Shown here one piece after another: positions 1 to 7,421 of a DNA stretch of 32,308 bases. The stretch comes from a virus. The first letter of the stretch is position 1. Every line of letters starts with the position of its first letter. The stretch covers positions 1 through 32,308 of the IMG/VR virus record IMGVR_UViG_3300021254_000013; one strand, 5' to 3'. The notes below the pieces were generated by a model, which saw nothing but the letters and a program-made list of their open reading frames with translations, made no database searches and had not been told where the DNA came from. Made by a program: the position numbers and the translations under genes.

Positions 1-127
1 GAAGAGTTCTGACAGGAATCTTCAAATACAACTGCGCAGTCAACGAAATCAAGTAAAGGTTAGGGCTTAACCACAAAGCCCTTCTTAATGTCGCCGAAGG
101 CGGTCACAAGCCCGCAAAAAGACAGAG
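1..127. repeat. Terminal direct repeat, copy 1 (identical to 32182..32308)
   Basis: Base-by-base reading: gaagagttctgacagg...cccgcaaaaagacagag occurs at both ends. It contains the 3' end of the CDS 32019..32237. Confidence 0.95.
62..82 (+). other. Intergenic stem-loop AGGGCT-taaccacaa-AGCCCT
   Basis: 6-bp perfect stem and 9-nt loop, with no following T-run. It is related to the stem-loop at 31974..31996. Confidence 0.4.
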
Positions 128-147
128 TGAGAAAGAGAGAAACAAAG

Positions 148-357
148 ATGACTAAGAAAGAAATGATTAAAGAGCTTGTCCTTGCCTGGGTCAGAAACGC
201 ACCGACAAAGGAATATCGAGAGAACCGCTTCGTTGGCCATGACACAATGGAAAACCGCCTTGACAGAAAATGGACGAAAGAAGGAATCGAGTTCATCATG
301 AAGAAGTTCAAAGAAGGAAAGAACATCGACATCCTCATTGATAAATACGCATTCTAA
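148..357 (+). CDS. Hypothetical small protein (69 aa), accessory operon gene 3
   Basis: ORF track 88..357. The ATG at 148 follows a purine-rich gagaaagagaga, while the ATG at 88 has no RBS. The N-terminus is MTKKEMIKEL. Confidence 0.55.
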   Translation: MTKKEMIKELVLAWVRNAPTKEYRENRFVGHDTMENRLDRKWTKEGIEFIMKKFKEGKNIDILIDKYAF

Positions 358-373
358 GAAAGGAGAAAAAAAC

Positions 374-577
374 ATGAAAAACACAATGGAAGAGATGATG
401 CAGAAGATGAAAGAGCTTCAGGAAGCGAGACAGAACGACTTCATTGACAAGCTCTCTGACATGGTTGAGAATCTCTACGAAAAAGCCATGCTAAAGGATT
501 ACAAGCCCACCAGCCACGAGAAAGAGCAATTCAAGAAGATTCTCGAAACTATCCAAGCAATGGAGCCCTGGTTCTAG
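374..577 (+). CDS. Hypothetical small protein (67 aa)
   Basis: ORF track 338..577. The internal ATG at 374 is preceded by aaaggagaaaaaaac. Confidence 0.6.
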   Translation: MKNTMEEMMQKMKELQEARQNDFIDKLSDMVENLYEKAMLKDYKPTSHEKEQFKKILETIQAMEPWF

Positions 578-594
578 TAAAGGAGCAACGCACA

Positions 595-768
595 ATGAAA
601 TATCACGGACATATCATCAAGAAAGTTTATGACCCATCCATCGACGATGGCGGAAACCCCTGGTATTATGAAATCTACACCAAAGACGGAAAATATCTGA
701 ACAACACCTTGTTTCTTCAGAGTGCCAAGGACTACATCGACAGCAACTATGACGAAAATTATCTATGA
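595..768 (+). CDS. Hypothetical small protein (57 aa, below the ORF-track cutoff)
   Basis: Hand translation gives MKYHGHIIKKVYDPSIDDGGNPWYYEIYTKDGKYLNNTLFLQSAKDYIDSNYDENYL then TGA. The RBS aaaggag lies upstream and the ORF fills the gap between its neighbours. Confidence 0.5.
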   Translation: MKYHGHIIKKVYDPSIDDGGNPWYYEIYTKDGKYLNNTLFLQSAKDYIDSNYDENYL

Positions 769-790
769 TAAAGAAAGGAGAAAAAACATC

Positions 791-1105
791 ATGAAGCAAG
801 TCACAATTTGGAGGAGAGACATCCTGGAGAGAACAGGATTCATCAATCATCCCTACAAAGAAGTCACTCAGTTCATTGTCACTTATGGCAAGAATCTTGA
901 GTTCAAGAACGGACACCGCGAGAAGCTCGACAATCCTCGTCTCAAAGTCAAGTTTCAGAAGCGGTTCGAGACTAGAAAAAAGAAGGCGGTCGAAAACCTC
1001 GCCCAGAGCCTTGGAAGAAGCGATGCAGATAAATGGCTCAGGGAAAGACTTCAGTGTCTCCTAGGGCTAGAAAGCGCGCGTTCTGGAGAGGATTTGAAAC
1101 AATGA
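791..1105 (+). CDS. Hypothetical protein (104 aa)
   Basis: ORF track 722..1105. The ATG at 791 follows aaaggagaaaaaac. Its stop overlaps the next start (ATGA at 1102..1105). Confidence 0.65.
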   Translation: MKQVTIWRRDILERTGFINHPYKEVTQFIVTYGKNLEFKNGHREKLDNPRLKVKFQKRFETRKKKAVENLAQSLGRSDADKWLRERLQCLLGLESARSGEDLKQ

Positions 1106-1308
1106 AAAAGAAAATCAAAAACTTAAATCAAAAAGAATTAGATAAATTATGTTTAACGCATAGTTGTAGTTATTGTCCTCTTTGTATTTTAGAAGGTTCT
1201 GACTCTAATTCTAACTACTATTGTTTGACTCCCCTTGTTTTAGACAAAAAAAGGGTAAAAGAAATAATGGAAACAGAAGTTGAAGTTGAGGTTGATAAAC
1301 ATGACTGA
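1102..1308 (+). CDS. Cys-rich small protein (68 aa; C-x4-C-x2-C-x2-C plus one more Cys), AT-rich gene
   Basis: ORF track 1033..1308 with an ATG at 1102. The start overlaps the upstream stop and the stop overlaps the next start. GC is about 28-32% against about 50% in the flanks. Confidence 0.6.
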   Translation: MKKKIKNLNQKELDKLCLTHSCSYCPLCILEGSDSNSNYYCLTPLVLDKKRVKEIMETEVEVEVDKHD

Positions 1309-1495
1309 AAACAAAACAAAATACGCTCCCCAGGCGCGTTATGCCGAGAAGCTCAAGGCAAGAACTAAGATGTATCGATTCCGTCTTTACATCGACAAGG
1401 ACGCTGACATCATCGAGTTCCTGGAGAACTACTCAGGAATGGCGAGTCGATTCATCAAGGAAGCCATTCGCGAGAAGATGAGAAAAAAGAAATAG
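1301..1495 (+). CDS. Putative ribbon-helix-helix (Arc/CopG-like) protein (64 aa)
   Basis: ATG at 1301. The pattern KMYRFRLYID (strand), DADIIEFLENY (helix) and ASRFIKEAIREKM (helix) fits RHH topology. This is inference only. Confidence 0.5.
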   Translation: MTENKTKYAPQARYAEKLKARTKMYRFRLYIDKDADIIEFLENYSGMASRFIKEAIREKMRKKK

Positions 1496-1499
1496 AAGA

Positions 1500-1508
1500 T
1501 GATATAAT
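1500..1508 (+). promoter_or_regulatory. Possible internal extended -10 element TGaTATAAT
   Basis: tgatataat lies 28 nt upstream of the ATG at 1536. There is no good -35. Confidence 0.3.
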
Positions 1509-1535
1509 GGAAAAAGAAAGAAAGAGGACATTAAA

Positions 1536-1880
1536 ATGGAAAGAAAATCAGTTAACTTAAATGAAGAGAGAATCAACACCGCCGACTTACCCTTTGGAAT
1601 TAGTGAGTTCGAAGTCAGATGTGGAAGAAGGGTCTTGATTCTCGAGATTACCAAGAACGCGAATCACACCACCTTCGCTCTCTCCACCAAAGAAGGGAAG
1701 AGCAAATATGATGGCAAAGGATTGGGATTTGTCACTCTTAATACAAGAGATATGATTATCGACAAGGAGTTTGTCGCCGAATTACCTAACTTCGCCGTAT
1801 TATTCGAAGCCTTCGAGAAGTCGGCGAACAAGATGAACATTCATCAAGGCGACTTGTTGTTCCATAACATCGTAAAATAA
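1536..1880 (+). CDS. Hypothetical protein (114 aa), last gene of the accessory operon
   Basis: ORF track. RBS aagaggac upstream. Followed by a terminator. Confidence 0.65.
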   Translation: MERKSVNLNEERINTADLPFGISEFEVRCGRRVLILEITKNANHTTFALSTKEGKSKYDGKGLGFVTLNTRDMIIDKEFVAELPNFAVLFEAFEKSANKMNIHQGDLLFHNIVK

Positions 1881-1895
1881 AAAACGAACATCACA

Positions 1896-1934
1896 AAAAG
1901 AAAGAGCGGAGACAATTCTCCGCTCCTTTTTTTT
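1896..1934. terminator. Bidirectional rho-independent terminator between convergent operons
   Basis: 9-bp perfect stem gagcggaga (1904..1912) / tctccgctc (1917..1925) with loop caat. It is flanked by an A-tract upstream and ctttttttt downstream. Confidence 0.8.
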
Positions 1935-1960
1935 AAGCTTTGCAAAGATTAAAAAGACAA

Positions 1961-2650
1961 CTACATGAGAGTCTTCATCCCACCGCCAGAGTCATTCTCC
2001 TGGGTGGATTGTTCTTTGCTTTCTTTGACCTTCTTTTTGCCTTCAGAAGTGGTTGGATTTTTTAATCTCTCAACCATCGCGAGTAAATCATTGATTTTCT
2101 TATCGCGAGCTTCCTGTGCCTTCTTTTCGCGCTCCTGGCGAGCTTTCTCTTCGGCTTCGAGACGTTGCTTTTCCTTCTCGGCTTTCTTCTTCGCCTTTTC
2201 ATCGTTGAGCTTCTGAGCAGTTTCCAAAGCTTCTTGAGCTTTGCGTTGCTTTTCGGCAATTGCTTGAGGGTCAGATTTCTCGGCGAGGGACTCTACGAGA
2301 GCATTGTCGTGAGCCTCTTGAAAGTTCTCAACGATGGCAACGATGATTGCAGGGAGACCTGCGACAGCTCCAGTCTCTTTGAGGACTCGAATCCAGTCGA
2401 ACTCGCTTCCGAAAAGGGACATGATGTCGCCACTACGAATCCAAGTGTCAACGATTGCCCCAACGAAACCGAGAACGATGGGAAGGAAGACAAGGTATTT
2501 GGTGACCTTTTTCTTGCCTTCATCGCCAAGTTTCTTAATGGCAATTTTCTTGACTGGAATCTTGATGAGTTGAGTTCCAAGAAATGCGAAGATAGCGATA
2601 AGAAGAATCGAGACCCCCCATTCGGTCAAAAGATTTGCGAAAGCATCCAT
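1961..2650 (-). CDS. Holin-like membrane protein (229 aa)
   Basis: Three hydrophobic segments in the first ~115 aa, then a long K/E-rich tail. It is the last gene of the late operon after the tail fibre. RBS aaaggag. Confidence 0.5.
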   Translation of the reverse strand: MDAFANLLTEWGVSILLIAIFAFLGTQLIKIPVKKIAIKKLGDEGKKKVTKYLVFLPIVLGFVGAIVDTWIRSGDIMSLFGSEFDWIRVLKETGAVAGLPAIIVAIVENFQEAHDNALVESLAEKSDPQAIAEKQRKAQEALETAQKLNDEKAKKKAEKEKQRLEAEEKARQEREKKAQEARDKKINDLLAMVERLKNPTTSEGKKKVKESKEQSTQENDSGGGMKTLM

Positions 2651-2811
2651 TTTAAGATTTCTCCTTTCTCCTTGTTAGTTATTCGGAGTCAAGGTCTCCG
2701 TTCTTCTATATTTTCAATTAAATATAAAAGCCTTTACTAGATTTTTTGAAAGGGGAGCGAAAACTCCCATTTTTATCGACATTTTTTAGAGAAGTGGTGG
2801 AACGCTCCTCT

Positions 2812-3051
2812 TTATTTTTTGGAGAGAGAAAGTCGAACTCCTTCAATCTTGGTCTTGAGCTGTGCCTTGATATTCTCCACGAATTGATTGTATTCAGCGA
2901 ACTCTTGGGGTTTGGAATCTCTTTGTCGAAGAATAGCGAGTTCTTCGTTGATGGAATATTTTTGGCGAATTAGAGTGATGACAAGTTCTTCATAGGTCTT
3001 GTTAATTCGATTATTCTTGATAGCAACAGCGATTTTAGTTTCGAGTTTCAT
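2812..3051 (-). CDS. Hypothetical small protein downstream of the tail fibre (79 aa)
   Basis: ORF track. RBS aaaggagac. Position is typical of small conserved post-fibre genes. Confidence 0.6.
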   Translation of the reverse strand: MKLETKIAVAIKNNRINKTYEELVITLIRQKYSINEELAILRQRDSKPQEFAEYNQFVENIKAQLKTKIEGVRLSLSKK

Positions 3052-3080
3052 ATTTTAAAAAGTCTCCTTTCGTTCTTGTG

Positions 3081-5942
3081 TTATTGATTATCGACAACAA
3101 CATTTACAGCGATGTCGACTTCTTTGGCGATGAGTGCTGAAGTGTCGGTAGTGTCGACTTGTTGAGTGATTGAGCCACCTTGAATGAGATTGTCAATCCA
3201 CCCATCGTTGGGAATGGAGACATCAGTGACAATGGGGGTGGCTCTTCGATAAGCAAAAGAAACACCATTCACATAAGCTTTAAATTGTTCAGATGTCATA
3301 GATAGAGTGTCTTTGTCATGAAGGACTACCTTTTCTCCAACGACATTAAGTCTAACACCATAATCTACATCTTTTGGCTCATTAACAATTGGATATTTTG
3401 AACACAAACATTCAAGCATTTGCTTTCCAGTTATTTGAAGATTGTTGGAAACCCAGTTGCCATAACTATCAATAGTCCACGATAAATCGCCAAGATTCAA
3501 AGTGACCGACTCCTCATATCTCTTCCCTTCTTCCACATCAACATAGTCCCATTCATTTCCCTCAAACTCAATTTCAAGCGTGTCTTCTTCGTAGGGAGTA
3601 AAAGGCAAAGCGGTATCGCCAAAATTAAGCATAATTTCATTATAGATTGTTGACCTTAAACCAAACGCTACCACTCTAAAATTGACTTTGCTTTGTTCTG
3701 ACAAAGTGAAACTATATGTGGTCATTCCAGTTCTTGGATGTAAAACTGTGTCTGAAAGAAGAACTCCATTTAAGTCATATTGATTAACTTGAAGTCTATC
3801 ATCGGTTGCATAATAAGACACACAATTTAAACTGAATGTGTAAGTTCCAGCCTCTAAGATAACGGCATTTGGCAATAAATACTCTTGTGCTTGCGAAGTG
3901 TTATCATATGTCCCATTTGGAATATTTAGTAAATTAGTTTTCGTAGTCTTTAACCCAGTGATGTGGGTGTGCTTTAAGCCATCGTAGCCTTGACTCCAAG
4001 TGGTAGGAGCGACAGAACCTTGAACGAGCATTGGAGCAACTCTCATATTGTTAAAAGAGGCATTTGGTTGAATTCTTATACCAATTTTTGTTCCAATAGC
4101 TACCCCATCTGAAGCAGTTGTCAAACCACTACGTTCAATATAGTTGTAGTAATTTTCATTTAATCCAATAACGCTAGAGTTATTCACATAATTTTGAGTA
4201 AACCATTTGAGAGAATATTTAGATGTATCCATTGTATCAACTTGTGATTTGATTACATTTGGAATGTGAAAAGAAAACTCTTCACCTAAAGTATTAGAGC
4301 CATTTAAAACAAGCCAACCACCCTCGATTTTATATCTAACACCATTGATAGTTTGTTCTGCAAAATCAAGGGTTTCAATCAAGTTCTCGCTCTTCTCGGT
4401 TTTGCCAATAATCTTCGTGACTTTGCCACTGGGCATTAAATTATCCGTGATGTAGTTAATCTCGGAAGTGTAGACTTTCTCGACTTCACTCGAAATCTCA
4501 CCACGCTTTAAGGCTTCGTAAAGCTCTAATTTCGTGACATAAGTTCCCTCGACTTTTGTAAGTCTCTCATTATATCCGTTCAAAATTGCGATTGCTTCAT
4601 CGGCTTCGGAAAGTTTATTATCGACTTCCCCTTCAAGTGTGTCGATTCTTCCTTCCAACTGGGTCTGCAAAGTGGAGAACTGGGAGTCGATTTGGTTCGA
4701 CAAAGTTGTGATTCTTCCCTCGAGTTGAGTTTGCAAGGTGCTGAATCTCGTGTCGAGATTTGCCAGTTCTTGCTGAATCGTGGACTCCATATTCGTGAGA
4801 GATGTGGAGATGGTAGTGTTCATCGTGGAGATAGCTTCATCAACTCTCTGGTCAAGTGCTGTCAACTCGCCTTGAATGGTGGTCTCCATTCCAGTGATTG
4901 AGGCATTGACTTGGTTTTGCATTTGAGTGATGGCTTGCGTGATTCGAGCTTCCATCACTTCAGTTTCGTGAGTAATGATTCCGACCAAAGAATTATATTT
5001 CGTGTCGGTGTATTGTTTGCCTTCAACAAGTAAGCCGTCCGCATAACTCTTCGCAGTGGCGAGATTCGCGTCAGAATAAGCCCGTAGGAGCTCTTTGGCA
5101 CTTTCAATGGCAGAATATACCGCCCCACTATTTACGAGCTTTGTGGAGCCACTTGTGGGGGCATTGTCGAAGGAATTGTTGAGAGTAAAGGGAAGGCATG
5201 CAATGACCGCCTTGACGCTGGTTTCATCCAGATAGATGGTCACGATGGCGGTGTAGTTTTGACCTAAAGGAAGAAGGTCGGCGACATAGTAGGCATTTTG
5301 AGCGTTGTATCTTGTCTCGGTGGCCACTAAAGTGTCGTGATAAGTTGTGGCTCCGATTGTGAACTCGTAGGGAATAACGATTTGGTTATAAATAGACTTG
5401 AAGTCGGCAAAGCTCTTCTCGGTGGTTCCGAGAAGCACTCCATCTAGGAAGATGATTTCGCCTTGAGCTGTTCCGCGGATGGTATAGTCAGAAATAAACT
5501 TGTTGGATTCGAACTCATCATTGAGAGAGATTGTGACGATATCGCCTTCTTGTTCAACGGAAATCGCATCATCTCCACTTCGAATTGCCACAGGGACAAC
5601 TGCGGTGGAATCCGCAAGAGAGGGAGCAAACTCGACAGGGATATTCTCGATATTTGTCGCCATGATAGCTCCGTTCTGAGCATAGCCACGAATCATGACT
5701 TTGAATCCAGGCTTTGCCAAGAACTCGCGAGGAACTAGGACTTCATTGTCGTTGGAAAGTTCCACGTATTTCCAGTTCGAGAAATGATACTGAAAATAAG
5801 CACGTCTAGTCGGATAAGATTCCCATGAATCATCGAAAGCAAAAGCCAGTTTGACAGAGTTGTCACTCCCCTGAACTGGAAGGCTCTCGAGTGAATCAAG
5901 GGTCAAGGTCTGCTTTTCAATTGTTAAATTGATTGTTCTCAT
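3081..5942 (-). CDS. Tail fibre / receptor-binding protein (953 aa)
   Basis: Largest tail gene. It has a BppU_N-like N-terminus, a central heptad coiled coil with repeated FSTLQTQLEGRI, and two C-terminal beta-rich modules ending in ML..G motifs. Confidence 0.8.
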   Translation of the reverse strand: MRTINLTIEKQTLTLDSLESLPVQGSDNSVKLAFAFDDSWESYPTRRAYFQYHFSNWKYVELSNDNEVLVPREFLAKPGFKVMIRGYAQNGAIMATNIENIPVEFAPSLADSTAVVPVAIRSGDDAISVEQEGDIVTISLNDEFESNKFISDYTIRGTAQGEIIFLDGVLLGTTEKSFADFKSIYNQIVIPYEFTIGATTYHDTLVATETRYNAQNAYYVADLLPLGQNYTAIVTIYLDETSVKAVIACLPFTLNNSFDNAPTSGSTKLVNSGAVYSAIESAKELLRAYSDANLATAKSYADGLLVEGKQYTDTKYNSLVGIITHETEVMEARITQAITQMQNQVNASITGMETTIQGELTALDQRVDEAISTMNTTISTSLTNMESTIQQELANLDTRFSTLQTQLEGRITTLSNQIDSQFSTLQTQLEGRIDTLEGEVDNKLSEADEAIAILNGYNERLTKVEGTYVTKLELYEALKRGEISSEVEKVYTSEINYITDNLMPSGKVTKIIGKTEKSENLIETLDFAEQTINGVRYKIEGGWLVLNGSNTLGEEFSFHIPNVIKSQVDTMDTSKYSLKWFTQNYVNNSSVIGLNENYYNYIERSGLTTASDGVAIGTKIGIRIQPNASFNNMRVAPMLVQGSVAPTTWSQGYDGLKHTHITGLKTTKTNLLNIPNGTYDNTSQAQEYLLPNAVILEAGTYTFSLNCVSYYATDDRLQVNQYDLNGVLLSDTVLHPRTGMTTYSFTLSEQSKVNFRVVAFGLRSTIYNEIMLNFGDTALPFTPYEEDTLEIEFEGNEWDYVDVEEGKRYEESVTLNLGDLSWTIDSYGNWVSNNLQITGKQMLECLCSKYPIVNEPKDVDYGVRLNVVGEKVVLHDKDTLSMTSEQFKAYVNGVSFAYRRATPIVTDVSIPNDGWIDNLIQGGSITQQVDTTDTSALIAKEVDIAVNVVVDNQ

Positions 5943-5999
5943 TGTTCACTTTTCTCCTTTCTTTGTTAACTGCTATAAAGTGAAATAAAATGACTAATT

Positions 6000-6314
6000 T
6001 TAGAAGACCACCGAGAGCGTCAGGATGTCGCTCTGGAAGACTTCTTTCTTGCTGTTCTCGCCACGAAGGCGGACTTTGAATCCAGGCCGAGCGAGAACGA
6101 ACTCGGGCACGAGCGCGGTCATGTTCTCATCAAGCGTGACTTCGATTTCCGCGCTTTCACGATAAGAGAAGAAGGCTTTCTTTACTGGATACCTTTCCCA
6201 CTCCTTAGAAGTCTTGAATGCTACAGAAACGCTGTCCTCGGAGCTCTGGGAAGGAATCAAGAACGCTTCTTCGTTGATGAGATGGGATTCTTTAGCTTTG
6301 ACATGAATTATCAT
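6000..6314 (-). CDS. BppU_N-like baseplate protein (104 aa), paralogue of the tail-fibre N-terminus
   Basis: Aligns by eye to residues ~20-105 of the 953-aa protein (SV..AF, W..YP, LVP, LA.PGFKV..RG). Confidence 0.6.
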   Translation of the reverse strand: MIIHVKAKESHLINEEAFLIPSQSSEDSVSVAFKTSKEWERYPVKKAFFSYRESAEIEVTLDENMTALVPEFVLARPGFKVRLRGENSKKEVFQSDILTLSVVF

Positions 6315-6331
6315 GGTTCTTTCTCCTTTCT

Positions 6332-7420
6332 TTACTTGCTCAATAGGCGCTTGATTTTTCCTGTCAATGAGCTTCTATAATAGCCAAACGTGACCGACAC
6401 GGAATCCTTTGAAACGAAGGAAACGGAAGTCAATGTAGTCTCAATTGGGTCGTTTCCCTTGTAGGGATATACAATCCCCTTTTTGAAGGGTTCGAAACTC
6501 TCCAGGGGGATATAGTTGTTCTTATCGATGTTCGCGATGATTTGTTGTTCTTCTTCGGTCTCTGCGAAGACTTCCTTTGCTTTGGCAAGGGGTGGAATGT
6601 CGCCGTCTTCGAATTGCCAGTCATCGTAGTAGAACACCTCAAGTCTTGCCGGCCTTTGCTCATCCGCAGAGCTTGTCGAGATAGTTCCATCGGATTGCAA
6701 GAAGTAAAAATATGTTTCCGTGTGGAGAGTGTTCTCCGCCTTGGGATAGCAGATGAGTGTTGTTGGCGACTCATCCGAGCCATAGTCGATTGAGGTGTCT
6801 TTGATGAAGGAATCCCTCAAGGAGAGGGTCACGCTAGTTCTCGATGGGTTTGTAATGCTTACATAAAGACCATTCTCTGCAGTTAAGGAGACAACAACTC
6901 TCAACGCGATGTCATGGACTCGGTTGATGTTGTTCAAGTAGTCGCCCATGACTGGGTTCTGGTCGCTTTCTCTCAAGAGAGCGAGTCCGCTGGTGTTGCG
7001 GTTTGTGATGTTCATGTGAAGAAAGCTCGGAAGATGATTCAAGAGAGAGTTCATCTGGATTTCGAGTTGCCTCTCCACGGATATGAGTTGAGCACTTTCA
7101 TTGTTCGGCTTGGTCGCCATTTGGAGCGATGCAATATAAGAATAAAAGTCCTTGAACGTGAAGGACGTCTCAGTTCCGTTGTCGGTCTTGCCGATGATGA
7201 ATCCACCGAATCCAGTTCCCTGGAATGGTGTTCCACGCAGTTCTTCAGTGCTTAAGACAACAACATCATTGAGTCCGATATTTTGCGCTGGATAGCTTTT
7301 AGAATCAACGACAACAAGGCTTTTGGAACCGCCTGACACATCAAAGTTGACCTTCTTTGAAAGTGATTCGACAGCGCTGTAAAATGCAAAATTATTTTGC
7401 TTTTTGAAGAATAAAGCCAT
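6332..7420 (-). CDS. Tail-associated (Tal-like) baseplate protein (362 aa)
   Basis: Synteny only: it follows the Dit-like gene after the tape measure. Confidence 0.45.
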   Translation of the reverse strand: MALFFKKQNNFAFYSAVESLSKKVNFDVSGGSKSLVVVDSKSYPAQNIGLNDVVVLSTEELRGTPFQGTGFGGFIIGKTDNGTETSFTFKDFYSYIASLQMATKPNNESAQLISVERQLEIQMNSLLNHLPSFLHMNITNRNTSGLALLRESDQNPVMGDYLNNINRVHDIALRVVVSLTAENGLYVSITNPSRTSVTLSLRDSFIKDTSIDYGSDESPTTLICYPKAENTLHTETYFYFLQSDGTISTSSADEQRPARLEVFYYDDWQFEDGDIPPLAKAKEVFAETEEEQQIIANIDKNNYIPLESFEPFKKGIVYPYKGNDPIETTLTSVSFVSKDSVSVTFGYYRSSLTGKIKRLLSK

Positions 7421-7421
7421 G

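Noticed and set aside
1-127. The 127-bp end repeat as a genuine phage direct terminal repeat.
   Set aside because: The length equals a standard assembler k-mer. The repeat interrupts an operon and a CDS, and the packaging genes (HNH plus P27 TerS) predict cos ends. An assembly overlap of a circular molecule is the simpler reading, though only read mapping can settle it.
88-357. Longer N-terminal extensions offered by the ORF track, for example 88..357, 722..1105, 1033..1308, 17733..18320, 18740..19054, 20774..21166, 21784..22257, 22479..22904, 23961..24299 and 26452..28587.
   Set aside because: In each case the extension overlaps the upstream gene or starts at a codon without an RBS (some are GTG/TTG). 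An internal ATG has a clear AGGAG-type RBS or an ATGA overlap with the upstream stop.
2165-2740. Long antisense ORFs in the track, for example 2165..2740 +, 8541..9095 +, 16617..17021 +, 25406..26056 + and 26998..27456 +.
   Set aside because: Each lies entirely opposite a well-supported gene (holin-like, tape measure, TerL, RecT, ATPase). They lack an RBS and have low-complexity, Leu/Ser/Phe-rich translations typical of shadow frames.
3081-5942. Possibility of a diversity-generating retroelement targeting the tail-fibre C-terminus.
   Set aside because: There is no reverse transcriptase anywhere in the closed genome, and no template/variable repeat pair matching the fibre 3' end.
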